Shown: positions 29,597 through 39,984 of the stretch, piece by piece | Layout: each line of letters starts with the position of its first letter | Numbering within the stretch: the stretch's first letter is position 1 | NCBI GenBank assembly: GCA_016935335.1 | Contig: JAFGRE010000031.1 | Span: forward strand, 1 to 57,144 | DNA: 57,144 nucleotides | Reading direction: 5' to 3' | DNA from: Deltaproteobacteria bacterium | GTDB lineage: Bacteria; Desulfobacterota; WTBG01; JAGOGO01 | Notes under the pieces: generated by a model | Seen by the model: only the letters and a program-made list of their open reading frames with translations | Databases searched by the model: none | What the model was told of the DNA's origin: nothing | Program-made: the position numbers and the translations under genes

Positions 29597-30896
29597 CGTG
29601 AAAAAACCGCACGGCCGGAACAATGCCGCTGTGGTAACAGCTCCATGGAGTGAACTTTCCATCGACGCATCTCGCTGTGTTAAATGCGGGCGTTGTCTAA
29701 GTGTCTGCCCGGTTTTCAGGGAAAGTACGAGAGAGCCTGCCGGAGCTCGAGGGAAACTTGCTCTCATCGAATGCACGGCATCAGGAGAGGTTGCGATCGC
29801 CTCTGCGAGACTGAAGGAACTTATTTCGTTTTGCCTTCTTTGTGGTGCCTGTGCCGAGATCTGCCCTAATCTGGTACGAGGAGATGAAATTATTCAAAGG
29901 TCACGGGAAGCGCTCTCCTCTCGCCAGATCTTTTCATCTCCCACTCTGGTCGCCCTATCTCATATTCTCCCCTTTCCCCAACGGATGGATAACCTGCACA
30001 AAGTTGGGCAAATTGCTCTATCTCGGTTTCTCAGGAAGATTCCAGGGGAGAGTGGCCTGTATTGGCGGTTCCCTCTTTCTCGTGCCTCAAAGCTTCCTCT
30101 CTTTCCTCAGTTGGCGGATAAGGCCTTTTTGCCCACCCGTTCTCGCCAGCACGATCCGACCTCCGGTTCGGTTGCGATTTTTGTGGGGTGTGTCTCCAAT
30201 TACATTTACCCGCATATAGCGGAGGCAGTTCTCGCCGTTCTGGGTCACCTCAAGATTTCCGTCTCCATTCCGCGTGAACAGGGATGCTGCGGGCTGATAG
30301 CATACGGCTTGGGGAAGATGGATGTTGTGCGGAGGCTCGCCAAAAGGAACATCGAGGTTTTCGGAAGCACGTCACCAGGGCCCATCGTAGCCTTTTGTTC
30401 TTCCTGTAGCGCTCATCTGAAGAGCTATTCCACCTTATTTGCCGACGAGCCATGGAACCGTGAGGCTCTTGCTTTTTCTGAACGGGTACAGGATTTATCG
30501 GAGTTTCTGACCGGCGTCGGATTTTGTTCACAATCCGACCGCGGTACGAGCGCGCCGTCGTACCGGGTTACTTTTCACGATCCCTGCCATCTACGGCGGA
30601 AGCAAGGTATTTTTGAAGAGCCGCGACAGCTCCTGAGAAGCTTACCAGAAGTTCAATTTATTGAAACCGGCAAAGAGGCTCTTTGTTGCGGATCAGGAGG
30701 AAGTTTTGGCCTGAAACATTACGACGTATCTATGAGGATTTTTCAGCGACGGTATCGTTCCATCGAAGAGGAGGCTGTGGATATAGTCGTAACGTCTTGC
30801 ATGGGATGTTTACTTCAGTTTATCAATGGAATCCACTACTACAATAAGGCGATCCGGGTCAAGCACTTGGCTGAAATCATGCAGGAGTCTCTGTAA
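29580..30896 (+). CDS. glcF: Fe-S subunit GlcF-like (2x4Fe-4S + CCG domains)
   Basis: CVKCGRCLSVCP, CLLCGACAEICP, GCCG, FHDPCH and LCCGSGG. Confidence 0.88.
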   Translation: MTRPVSVKKPHGRNNAAVVTAPWSELSIDASRCVKCGRCLSVCPVFRESTREPAGARGKLALIECTASGEVAIASARLKELISFCLLCGACAEICPNLVRGDEIIQRSREALSSRQIFSSPTLVALSHILPFPQRMDNLHKVGQIALSRFLRKIPGESGLYWRFPLSRASKLPLFPQLADKAFLPTRSRQHDPTSGSVAIFVGCVSNYIYPHIAEAVLAVLGHLKISVSIPREQGCCGLIAYGLGKMDVVRRLAKRNIEVFGSTSPGPIVAFCSSCSAHLKSYSTLFADEPWNREALAFSERVQDLSEFLTGVGFCSQSDRGTSAPSYRVTFHDPCHLRRKQGIFEEPRQLLRSLPEVQFIETGKEALCCGSGGSFGLKHYDVSMRIFQRRYRSIEEEAVDIVVTSCMGCLLQFINGIHYYNKAIRVKHLAEIMQESL

Positions 30897-30915
30897 GGGT
30901 TTTTTCTTGGTTCTC

Positions 30916-32955
30916 TTAGTCCGTCCGGTCATAATGAGAGAACTGCATGGAAAACGTCCCTCTCCCTTGACTCGCAGAGCGCAGGTTGGTTGAATAACCG
31001 AACATTTGTCTTAAAGGAACCAACGCCTTCAGCAGGGAGGCTTTGCCTTTGGGGATGATTTTCTCTATTTTCCCCCTGCGAGCGTTGAGGTCTCCGATGA
31101 CATCGCCGACGAAACTCTCGGGAACGACCACATCAACCGACATGATGGGTTCCAACAGGATCGGGTGAGCGTTTTGGGATCCTTTCTTTATTGCCATTGC
31201 GGTGGCTACTTTATAGGCCACAGCGGTTGAGCTTCCTTCTCGATACGTGGCATCGACAACTGTTATTCTGATATCAACGACCGGATAACCCCCTACTACC
31301 CCGCTCAGAAGTCCCTCTTGAGCACCGTCGTGAATGGCACTCTCAAAGGCAAAGGGGACAAGCCCTTTTGGGAGTGCATTGACGAACTCAAAGCCACTTC
31401 CCCGCTTGAGGGGCTCAAGTTTGAGTTTGACCCTCCCGTAGTTCTGTGCCCCTCCAATTTCTTTATCAAACACTTCTTCCACGTCAACTGTTCTGGTAAT
31501 TGTTTCCCGATAAACCACCTGGGGTCTGCCGACAGTAACATTTACCTTAAAATCTTGAAGAAGCCGGGTCACCAATACTTCGAGGTGCAGTTCTCCCATG
31601 CCGGAAATAACGATTTGGTCGGAATCTTCGTCATGCTTGACGTTAAAGGTCGGATCTTCATCCACCAACTTGGCGAGAGCGTTCTCCAGTCTTTCAAAAT
31701 CACCTCTCGTTTTCGGTTCTATAGCAACGGAGATAACCGGGCGATAAGAGTCGATCGATTCTAAGACAATGGGGTTTCCAGAGGTACAAAGGGTGTCACC
31801 GGTAGTAGTGTTTTTCAGCCCCGCTACTGCCACGATATCCCCAGCCGTTGTTTCCGTTAATCGTTGTCTCTTGTTGGCATGCAGCCTGAAAATACGAGCA
31901 AACCGTTCCGTGCTTCGCTTGGTAGCGTTATACACCTCTGATTCAGCATGAACTTTACCTGAATAGATTCTGAGAAAAGTAAATTTTCTTTTTTCCTCGT
32001 CACTAATTACTTTGAATGCAAAGGCTGTAAATGGCGCCTTTTCACTGCACGGGCGGCGCTCTTCCTGGTTGGTTAATGGATTGGTCCCTACGACGGAAGG
32101 AACGTCCACTGGTGAAGGGAGATAGTGAGTTACTGCATCCAAAACGGGCTGGATGCCTTTGTTTTTAAGTGCCGCTCCACAGAGGACCGGAGTGGCTTTC
32201 ATCCCTAGGGTAAGCCTTCTTACAACCTGCCGGATGTGTTCCGGAGGGATAGGAAGACCGGACAAGTACTTATTCAAAACCTCATCATCGTTTTCCGCGA
32301 GTTTCTCCAGAAGAATGTCACGATAGTGGAACGCCTCTTCTTTATTTTCTTCGGGGATTTCTTCGGCGTGATAAGTTATTCCCAGTGTGTTTTCATCCCA
32401 AAGTATCACCTGATTTTGAATAAGATCGATGACTCCCTTGAAGTTGGCTTCGTTCCCGAACGGAAGTTGTAGCACGAGCGGAAAGGCGCCTAATTTTTCT
32501 TTCATCTGATTAACGGTTCCGTGAAAGTCGGCCCCGATGCGATCCATCTTGTTGACAAAGGCAATACGAGGAATGTGATACTTGTCGGCCTGGTGCCATA
32601 CTGTTTCTGACTGAGGCTCCACACCCCCCACCGCGCAGAAAACAACGACAGCTCCATCCAGAACTCGGAGGCACCGTTCTACCTCTATGGTAAAATCAAC
32701 GTGGCCGGGAGTATCAATGATATGGATATCATTATCCAACCACGTACAGGTCGTAGCCGCGGACGTTATGGTAATGCCTCGTTCCTGCTCCTGAACGAGG
32801 TAATCCATAACCGCTTGTCCATCGTGGACCTCTCCCAGTTTATGGGTTCTACCCGTATAAAACAAAATCCTTTCGGTAACCGTGGTTTTGCCGGCGTCAA
32901 TGTGGGCGATGATCCCGATGTTTCGAATTTTTTCAAGCGTATTTATCTTTGCCAT
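30916..32955 (-). CDS. fusA: Elongation factor G, stand-alone paralog
   Basis: [24 protein letters not shown] and GMGELHLE. No rpsL/rpsG/tuf neighbours. Confidence 0.93.
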   Translation of the reverse strand: MAKINTLEKIRNIGIIAHIDAGKTTVTERILFYTGRTHKLGEVHDGQAVMDYLVQEQERGITITSAATTCTWLDNDIHIIDTPGHVDFTIEVERCLRVLDGAVVVFCAVGGVEPQSETVWHQADKYHIPRIAFVNKMDRIGADFHGTVNQMKEKLGAFPLVLQLPFGNEANFKGVIDLIQNQVILWDENTLGITYHAEEIPEENKEEAFHYRDILLEKLAENDDEVLNKYLSGLPIPPEHIRQVVRRLTLGMKATPVLCGAALKNKGIQPVLDAVTHYLPSPVDVPSVVGTNPLTNQEERRPCSEKAPFTAFAFKVISDEEKRKFTFLRIYSGKVHAESEVYNATKRSTERFARIFRLHANKRQRLTETTAGDIVAVAGLKNTTTGDTLCTSGNPIVLESIDSYRPVISVAIEPKTRGDFERLENALAKLVDEDPTFNVKHDEDSDQIVISGMGELHLEVLVTRLLQDFKVNVTVGRPQVVYRETITRTVDVEEVFDKEIGGAQNYGRVKLKLEPLKRGSGFEFVNALPKGLVPFAFESAIHDGAQEGLLSGVVGGYPVVDIRITVVDATYREGSSTAVAYKVATAMAIKKGSQNAHPILLEPIMSVDVVVPESFVGDVIGDLNARRGKIEKIIPKGKASLLKALVPLRQMFGYSTNLRSASQGRGTFSMQFSHYDRTD

Positions 32956-32958
32956 TAT

Positions 32959-33618
32959 TTATCCGGATTTAATAATGGAACGGTTAAGGTCAAAAGGAGT
33001 TCGACAATCAATATGCCCTTTCAGGGTTTCCGGGGCTTGTCCTTCCACCAGGATCTGCACTTGTTTTAAGGATGCAATATTCAAAAGCAACGAGTTGACA
33101 AGGGAGTAAATCGTATGCATTTCCGCTAAGGTGCCCCCCGGATGATTTTGGGAAAGCTCCTTACTAAGATCTATGACTCCTACTCCTTTCTTCTTGATCA
33201 CGATATTTCGGAGCCTTACGTTTGACGGAATGGTTTGTTGGAGATTACCCTGCGGCCCCTTGATGAGTTCGTTGACAATAACGTCTATTTGATCCTTGGG
33301 ATCTCCTCTATTCCACATCACCGTTCTTACTTCCTTAGCAAGAAAGTCACTCTGAGGATCGGAAAAGTAAAGACCAATCCGGGCGCTCGTTTTTTTTACC
33401 GGCAAAGGGGATACCGGCGGCGGTGGATGTTTCGTGGGGAGTCTTTCCGGCCTCGGAGATATCATGGTTACTACCTCCGGATTTTTGAGGAGAAAAATTG
33501 CTCCCCCCGTTAAACTGACCAGAAAGAGGAGAAGAAGAGTCCTGCAAAAAATTGACGAACTTGTTTTCGTCGGGGACGCAAGTTTCTTTTTTTTCTTCTG
33601 TTTCGGCTTCTTAGTCAT
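32959..33618 (-). CDS. GerMN domain membrane-anchored protein
   Basis: N-terminal TM; LYFSD, ELIKGP, IYSLVNSL and VQILVEG...LKGHID. Confidence 0.85.
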   Translation of the reverse strand: MTKKPKQKKKKKLASPTKTSSSIFCRTLLLLFLVSLTGGAIFLLKNPEVVTMISPRPERLPTKHPPPPVSPLPVKKTSARIGLYFSDPQSDFLAKEVRTVMWNRGDPKDQIDVIVNELIKGPQGNLQQTIPSNVRLRNIVIKKKGVGVIDLSKELSQNHPGGTLAEMHTIYSLVNSLLLNIASLKQVQILVEGQAPETLKGHIDCRTPFDLNRSIIKSG

Positions 33619-33729
33619 TATTACTTAAAACAAAGCGTGCTTGCGTATGAAGCAGGATAGATTGCGCGAATCCTATGGAAAACGGGCTCGGATAATCCGC
33701 ATCAAAAAACACACGTGAACATCTTGGTA

Positions 33730-34737
33730 TCAAACAGCATTGCTACCCTCATAACCACCGGGAAACGGGCGCATCTTAGAGAAATCAGGCAGGTACAGTT
33801 GGTTGCTTTCCAATTCCTGCACCCAGTATTCATCAAACGCACAAGCTTCCATCATCTGGAGAGCTTCTTGGTGTTCATGCGGTAGGAGGTTGCGGTCTAA
33901 GGGGGGATGCATGGGTGCCTGGTAAGCAGGAGCATATTGTGACATGAGGCTGATTTTGATTGAAGGGGAGAAGTTCTCTACAAGAAGTGAAAGGATCAGT
34001 TCAGTGTTGGCCAAATGGTGGGGCAATACCAAATGCCGGACGATTATTCCCCGTTGAGCAATGCCTTCGTTGTCAACTTGCAGATTTCCAACCTGACGAT
34101 ACATCTCCGTAATGGCGGCAAGACAAACGCAAGGATAATCGACAGCGTTTGAATACTCGCGCGCTATCCTTTCCTCGCCGTATTTCCAGTCGGGAAGATA
34201 TATGTCGACGATTCCCTCGACCAGTCTTAGAGTGTCCACGGTCTCGTATCCGCTGCTGTTGTAAACCAGGGGCACCTTAAGGCCCCTGTCTGCTGCCAAC
34301 CGAATGGCCTTAAGGATAAAGGGAAGATAGTGGCTCGAGGTTACCAAATTTATGTTGTGACATCCTTTATATTGGAGGTCAAGCATTATCTCTGACAAAG
34401 CTTCCTCACTTACGAACCTTCCCATCCCTTGTTGGCTGATTTGGTAATTCTGGCAAAAACAGCATCGAAGCGAACAGTGAGTAAAAAAAATTGTCCCCGC
34501 ACCCTTGGTTCCGATAAGTGGAGGTTCTTCGCCGAAATGAGGGCCGGCCCATGCGATTTCTAAAAAATTGCCCGCGCCGCAAAAGCCCCGTTCAACATTG
34601 TTTCGGTTAGCCCCACACCTTCGAGGGCAGAGCGTACAATTGGACAGTAATTGCCGTGCCCGACTTTCGCGAAGAGCAAACTCGCCAGATTCGATCATGG
34701 CGAGATAGCTCGGGGTGGTGGCGGAGTCAGGCATCAT
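33730..34737 (-). CDS. Radical SAM protein, PflX-like
   Basis: CTLCPRRC, HFGEEPPL, CSLRCCFCQN, DIYLPDWKY and IVRHLVLP. Confidence 0.88.
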   Translation of the reverse strand: MMPDSATTPSYLAMIESGEFALRESRARQLLSNCTLCPRRCGANRNNVERGFCGAGNFLEIAWAGPHFGEEPPLIGTKGAGTIFFTHCSLRCCFCQNYQISQQGMGRFVSEEALSEIMLDLQYKGCHNINLVTSSHYLPFILKAIRLAADRGLKVPLVYNSSGYETVDTLRLVEGIVDIYLPDWKYGEERIAREYSNAVDYPCVCLAAITEMYRQVGNLQVDNEGIAQRGIIVRHLVLPHHLANTELILSLLVENFSPSIKISLMSQYAPAYQAPMHPPLDRNLLPHEHQEALQMMEACAFDEYWVQELESNQLYLPDFSKMRPFPGGYEGSNAV

Positions 34738-36533
34738 CGTTTCCCCGATGATGCTGTGATCGCCGCTTCGTTACATACTTGTGAACACATGCTACATCCA
34801 ATGCAGAGCAGCGGATCTATCTCGGCAACGCCCGCCTTCAGTTTCTTGCCTTTCTTTTCATCCCGCGATCGGATTTCTTTCCACCCGATTGCGGGGCACC
34901 CCAATTTAAGACAACGCCGACACCCGGTACACGCAGCCGCCGCAATCTCATAACGAAAGGGGAATGGAGTGTATTCTCGCCGATTAAGAATACAAGGGGC
35001 TTCGGAAATAATCACCGATACCTCCGGTCGATTTACTTCTTCTTTTATCGTCATGAACACTTCTTCGAGGTTGTAAGGATCAACTTTTCGGACTGTCCTG
35101 ACACCGAGGGCATGACAAAACTGAAAATAATCAATGGCGTGGGATTGTTCTCCCCGCATCGTGATACCGGTTCCTGGATGATCCTGCCCGCCGGTCATGG
35201 CCGTAAAGCGATTATCGAGAATAATAACCGTACTTATACCTCTATTGTACGCGCTATTTAATAAGCCCGTAATCCCTGAATGAAAAAAGGTTGAGTCGCC
35301 GATGACGGCGGCCACTTTCCCCAAGGCATCCCCCTTTATTGCCTGTTCCACCCCGTGGGCTTGCCCAATGCCCGCCCCCATGCACACACAGGTATCAAGG
35401 GAGTGTAATGGGGGCATGTAGGCTAAGGTATAACAGCCGATATCTCCGGTTACGAAGACCTTCAATTTGTTAAGGGAATAAAAAATACCTCGATGGGGAC
35501 AACCAGGGCAGAGATTGGGGGGGCGATCCGGGATGGATGCTTTTTTACCCTTCCGTTTCGCTTTTGGCCGGCTGTCGTCTTTTATACCCTCAGCTATGAT
35601 ATCCGGATTATACTCCCCGCAGACAGGCAATAAGGACTTGCCCAGGACTTTGATACCAAGACTTCTGATCTGCTCTTCGAGAAAAGGGTCTAGTTCCTCA
35701 ATTACGTATATATTTTTGACTTGCCGGGCAAAGTATTCGATCATCTTAACCGGTAGGGGGTAGACCATTCCCAGCTTCAGAAAGGACGCATCGGTAAAGA
35801 TTTCTTTGGCATATTGATAGCATGTGCCACTGGTTATTATTCCCCTGTCCTTTTTATTCCATTCAATTCGATTCGCGGGAAAGGATTCTGCGAATGCTGC
35901 TAATCGCCTCATTCTCTTTTCAACCTGACGGTGGCGATCTCGCGCATTGACGGGAACCATGACATGCTTTTGGGGATTCTTGAGGGGTCCCGAAGCAGTT
36001 GAAGCTTTTTGGATGCGTCCAGGCCGTACGATTGATTCAGAGTGTGAGATGCGGGTCGTTGTTCTGAGCATAGTCAATGTATCAAACCGTTCGCTTAAGG
36101 AAAAGGCGATTTTTACGAAATCCTTTGCCTCCTGACTGTCGCTCGGCTCCAACATGGGAACCTTGGCAAATCTGGCATAATGCCTGTTGTCTTGTTCGTT
36201 CTGGGAACTGTACATGTTAGGGTCATCGGCAGTTACAAGCACCAGTCCTCCTTTTACCCCAATGTACGGCAGAGTTAAGAGCGGGTCGGCGGCAACGTTA
36301 ACGCCTACATGTTTCATAACGACCAACGCTCTCGCTCCTGCGAGAGACGCCCCGCTTCCCACCTCGAGGGCCACTTTTTCGTTGGGGCACCACTCCACGG
36401 CAATCTCCTTGAATTGGAGCAGGCTTTCCATGATTTCAGTGCTGGGTGTTCCCGGATATCCGGTGGAAACCGTGACTCCCGCTTCGTACGCACCTCGAGC
36501 AATCGCTTCATTTCCCGACAACATCTGTTTCAT
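34734..36533 (-). CDS. iorA: Indolepyruvate ferredoxin oxidoreductase alpha subunit
   Basis: GNEAIARG, GYPGTPSTE, MKHVG, LCPGCPH, GDIGCY, GDSTFFHSG (TPP) and a C-terminal ferredoxin. Start moved to ATG 36533. Confidence 0.95.
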   Translation of the reverse strand: MKQMLSGNEAIARGAYEAGVTVSTGYPGTPSTEIMESLLQFKEIAVEWCPNEKVALEVGSGASLAGARALVVMKHVGVNVAADPLLTLPYIGVKGGLVLVTADDPNMYSSQNEQDNRHYARFAKVPMLEPSDSQEAKDFVKIAFSLSERFDTLTMLRTTTRISHSESIVRPGRIQKASTASGPLKNPQKHVMVPVNARDRHRQVEKRMRRLAAFAESFPANRIEWNKKDRGIITSGTCYQYAKEIFTDASFLKLGMVYPLPVKMIEYFARQVKNIYVIEELDPFLEEQIRSLGIKVLGKSLLPVCGEYNPDIIAEGIKDDSRPKAKRKGKKASIPDRPPNLCPGCPHRGIFYSLNKLKVFVTGDIGCYTLAYMPPLHSLDTCVCMGAGIGQAHGVEQAIKGDALGKVAAVIGDSTFFHSGITGLLNSAYNRGISTVIILDNRFTAMTGGQDHPGTGITMRGEQSHAIDYFQFCHALGVRTVRKVDPYNLEEVFMTIKEEVNRPEVSVIISEAPCILNRREYTPFPFRYEIAAAACTGCRRCLKLGCPAIGWKEIRSRDEKKGKKLKAGVAEIDPLLCIGCSMCSQVCNEAAITASSGKR

Positions 36534-36840
36534 TTTAAACCTCAAGCCATATAAAAAGGTTTTTACAAAAAACAATCAGTTATATTAGTTGAAAAGAAAT
36601 GGTATTGTCAAGGAAGCTGATGGTTTATTGTCAGATTGTCTCAGTTCGCCCTTTTGCCATGCAGGCACCAATCTGCTATTAATAACAAAAGGCGGAACAG
36701 GGGGAGAAGGGTTTTGCCTTCGGTGGGGTCGGCTGTAATTTTAGGGGAGTTGCCGTTTGGTAAGGAAGAGGCGCATTATAGTGTGCTTTCTTTAACATAT
36801 AGTCTCTTATTCAAACCACCCCTTGCAGGACCATGATGCA

Positions 36841-38196
36841 ATGATGGATCTTTTTTCTCCAGCAACGACGAAGCACGCCCCAAAGCCATCGGGCCCACTC
36901 GCTGATCGGATGCGGCCTTGCACGTTAGATGAATTCGTCGGTCAGGAGCACCTTTTGGGAGAGGACAAAATCCTTCGTCAACTTCTTTTTGCCCGAACAA
37001 TCCCCTCCATGATCTTATGGGGCCCACCGGGCACAGGCAAGACCACCTTAGCCCATCTTATTGCGGAAACAGCAGGAAAGCATTTCGTCTCCTTTAGTGC
37101 GGTCACATCCGGCGTTCAGAACATCAAAGAGGTTATCAAAGAAGCCCGACACCAGTGGACATATAACACCAAGGAGACGATTCTTTTTGTGGACGAAATC
37201 CACCGGTTTAACAAGGCCCAACAGGACGCTTTTCTTCCCCACATCGAAGGGGGGACAATAGTACTTATCGGGGCAACAACCGAAAACCCTTCCTTTGAGG
37301 TTATTGCCCCCCTCCTTTCCCGGAGCAGGGTATTTACCCTCAATCCTCTTAGCGAACAGGAATTAATTATTATCTTGGAGCGAGCGTTAAAGGACAAAAT
37401 AAAAGGGTTGGGCGAGTATTCGGTTCAGCTAAGTGAGGAAGCCATCGAGTATATAACGCAGTTTTCTGACGGTGATGCACGGGCGGCGCTGAATACTCTC
37501 GAGCTGGCGGTGTTAAGCACTCAGCCCAATAAAGATAACGTCCGCAATGTTTCGGCTGCTCATGTGCAGGAAGCTATGCAGAAAAAAGCCCTCCTTTATG
37601 ACAAGGCGGGGGAAGAGCATTACAACCTCATTTCGGCTCTTCATAAAAGCCTCCGGGACAGCGATGCTGATGGTGCTCTGTATTGGTTGATTCGTATGCT
37701 TGAGGCAGGAGAAGATCCGTTGTATATAGCACGGAGGATGGTTCGGTTTGCTTCGGAGGACATCGGCAATGCCGATCCCCAAGCTCTCCAACTGGCGGTT
37801 GCAGGATACGAGTCGTATCGATTTTTAGGTTCTCCGGAAGGAGAGCTTTCCCTTGTCCAGGTGGCAGTCTATTTGGCTTGTGCTCCCAAGAGCAATGCAA
37901 TATACAGCGCTTACCGTGAGGCCTTGCAGGACGTAAGGACGAAAGGCAGCCTTCCGGTTCCGCTTCATCTGCGCAATGCTCCCACCACGTTGATGAGAAA
38001 TTTAGGATACGGGAAGGGTTATCAGTACGCTCATAACTTCCCTGAGGCGCTAGTAAATCAGGAACATCTTCCCGAACCCTTGAAGGGGCGCGGGTACTAC
38101 AAACCAACCAACAGGGGGAAAGAGGCGGAAATAAGGAAGCGACTGGAAATACAGAGAAAAATGAAACTGAAAGACCCTAAAGATGAAATTCGGTAG
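36841..38196 (+). CDS. rarA: Replication-associated recombination protein A (AAA+)
   Basis: PLADRMRP, GPPGTGKT, FVDEIHRFNKAQQD, GATTENPSF and SEDIGNADP. Confidence 0.96.
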   Translation: MMDLFSPATTKHAPKPSGPLADRMRPCTLDEFVGQEHLLGEDKILRQLLFARTIPSMILWGPPGTGKTTLAHLIAETAGKHFVSFSAVTSGVQNIKEVIKEARHQWTYNTKETILFVDEIHRFNKAQQDAFLPHIEGGTIVLIGATTENPSFEVIAPLLSRSRVFTLNPLSEQELIIILERALKDKIKGLGEYSVQLSEEAIEYITQFSDGDARAALNTLELAVLSTQPNKDNVRNVSAAHVQEAMQKKALLYDKAGEEHYNLISALHKSLRDSDADGALYWLIRMLEAGEDPLYIARRMVRFASEDIGNADPQALQLAVAGYESYRFLGSPEGELSLVQVAVYLACAPKSNAIYSAYREALQDVRTKGSLPVPLHLRNAPTTLMRNLGYGKGYQYAHNFPEALVNQEHLPEPLKGRGYYKPTNRGKEAEIRKRLEIQRKMKLKDPKDEIR

Positions 38197-38215
38197 TAAG
38201 TAGTGGGTGCCTTCC

Positions 38216-39559
38216 TTAAAGGTATGATTTCTCAAACTTGTCGGTGAGGTAATTTATCGCATCTCGGACATTCCTGTTCGTGCGCATGCTCGTTTCAAAT
38301 TTGTTTAAGGCTCGGAGAACCGACGAATGGTTTCTTCCGAAGTTTTCTCCAATTGCGGACAGGGTTATGTCCGTATATTTTCGGCAAAAATAGTATGCAA
38401 CCTGGCGAGGGTAGGTTACACCTCGGCTGCGGGATTTTGACTGCAACTGGTCCAGGGTGATCTTAAAATGGTGAGATATAAATTTTTTAATCTCCGCAAC
38501 AGTAACCGTTTTGTTCTTTATAAAACTTTTGAGGGTTTCTTTAGCGAGATCCAAGTCTATTTTTTGGCCTAACAATGAAGAAGTAGCAATAAGATTGATG
38601 AGGGCACTGGTCAGATCACGAACATTACTTTCAATTGTGCGGGCGATATAGTCAGCCACTTCCTCAGAAATAGTGATCTGTTCTTTGGCACATTTGCGGG
38701 CAATGATATTCCGTTTTGTTTCATAGTCCGGTTTCTTTATATCCACTACCAATCCGCTTCCCATCCGTGATCTAAGGTTAGCCTTAAGATCATTAATTTC
38801 CCGGGGATCAGCGTTAGCCGTTAAGATGACCTGTTTGTCCATCTGAATCAAGGTATCGAGGGTGTAGAAAACCTCATCCTGCGTTTTATCTTTCCCCTGT
38901 AAAAACTGTATGTCTTCTATGACCAGGACATCACAGCGTTTTCTATATTTTTCCTTGAATTCGGAGATAAGGTTTTTACGAAGAGCTTGAATCATCTCAT
39001 GGGTAAACCATTCTGCGGTGGTGTAAAAAACCTTTGTTTCGGGATAATTGGTGATAATTTTTTGTCCGGTGGCAGTGGAAAGATGAGTTTTCCCCAGTCC
39101 TTCAGAAGAATGGAAGAAAACGGGATTGTACAGTCGGGATTTTCTCTCAGTAACGGCCTGGGCTGATGCGTAGGCAAACTGATTGCACGGCCCGACAACG
39201 AAGTTGGTAAACGTATACTCCCGGTTAATAAACGGCAGCCCATGGAGGTAGTTCTCGGTGCCCGGAAGGGATAGTTGCCTTTTCGGGAGGGTATCCTTCC
39301 GACTCTTTTCTTCGCGGGACGGTGCAACCACCAGTCTCAGCGAGAGGTCCTGTCCGGTAACTTCTCGCAAGGTCGCGAGAATATCTCCATAGAAGTGTAA
39401 TCTGATCCAATCGAGAACAAACGTGTTCGGGCACGAGAGGGTGGCTGTATTTGACGAAATATCTTGTGTCGTTAAGTGAGATAACCAACGGTTATACGAT
39501 GTTGCGCCAATTCGAGTCTTCAACCTCTTCTCGAATTGGCTCCAGAATTGTGCCTCCAT
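38216..39559 (-). CDS. dnaA: DnaA-family protein, divergent paralog
   Basis: All four domains: YTFTNFVVGPCN, YNP, GLGKTHL, EDIQFL, LRSR, NVRDL and domain IV PRQVAYY. No dnaN/recF/gyrB context. Confidence 0.85.
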   Translation of the reverse strand: MEAQFWSQFEKRLKTRIGATSYNRWLSHLTTQDISSNTATLSCPNTFVLDWIRLHFYGDILATLREVTGQDLSLRLVVAPSREEKSRKDTLPKRQLSLPGTENYLHGLPFINREYTFTNFVVGPCNQFAYASAQAVTERKSRLYNPVFFHSSEGLGKTHLSTATGQKIITNYPETKVFYTTAEWFTHEMIQALRKNLISEFKEKYRKRCDVLVIEDIQFLQGKDKTQDEVFYTLDTLIQMDKQVILTANADPREINDLKANLRSRMGSGLVVDIKKPDYETKRNIIARKCAKEQITISEEVADYIARTIESNVRDLTSALINLIATSSLLGQKIDLDLAKETLKSFIKNKTVTVAEIKKFISHHFKITLDQLQSKSRSRGVTYPRQVAYYFCRKYTDITLSAIGENFGRNHSSVLRALNKFETSMRTNRNVRDAINYLTDKFEKSYL

Positions 39560-39609
39560 GGGCTCTCCTCCCGTGGGACTAGGAATTGTACGAAGAAAAA
39601 TTTTGTCAC

Positions 39610-39639
39610 ATAATAGTAACAGTGAAAAGATACTGTCAA
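39610..39639 (-). promoter_or_regulatory. Putative sigma70 promoter of the dnaA paralog
   Basis: Minus strand TTGACA-N18-TATTAT about 50 nt upstream of the ATG. Confidence 0.45.
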
Positions 39640-39984
39640 AGTGAGTTTCAGGGAGATTTTAGAAATCGGTGACCTTAAATGTGCACAATTGATAACCATC
39701 TGAAAAACAAGAAAAATAAAACTGACGTAGTCATATTTGCTGATAAACATAGGGGAAGTGAGAAGATGAGAAAAACATATTCATTTTTAAAACCTTATTT
39801 GGATTTTCAACAATGTCGCACAGGAAATCGGGAGCAGCAAATCTCTCGAAATCGCCTTTTTTCGTCCTTTTTCATTTTTTTAGTTTTATAGGAACGGAAT
39901 CTTCCTGGAACCGCCAAAATGATTCCTCCCCACGCGGGTTTCATCGGCGCGTTACCAACTCTTTCAAGGACGAAGCAGAGCGCC

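Noticed and set aside
39560-39984. oriC
   Set aside because: No cluster of canonical DnaA boxes and no dnaN/gyrB/rpmH context.
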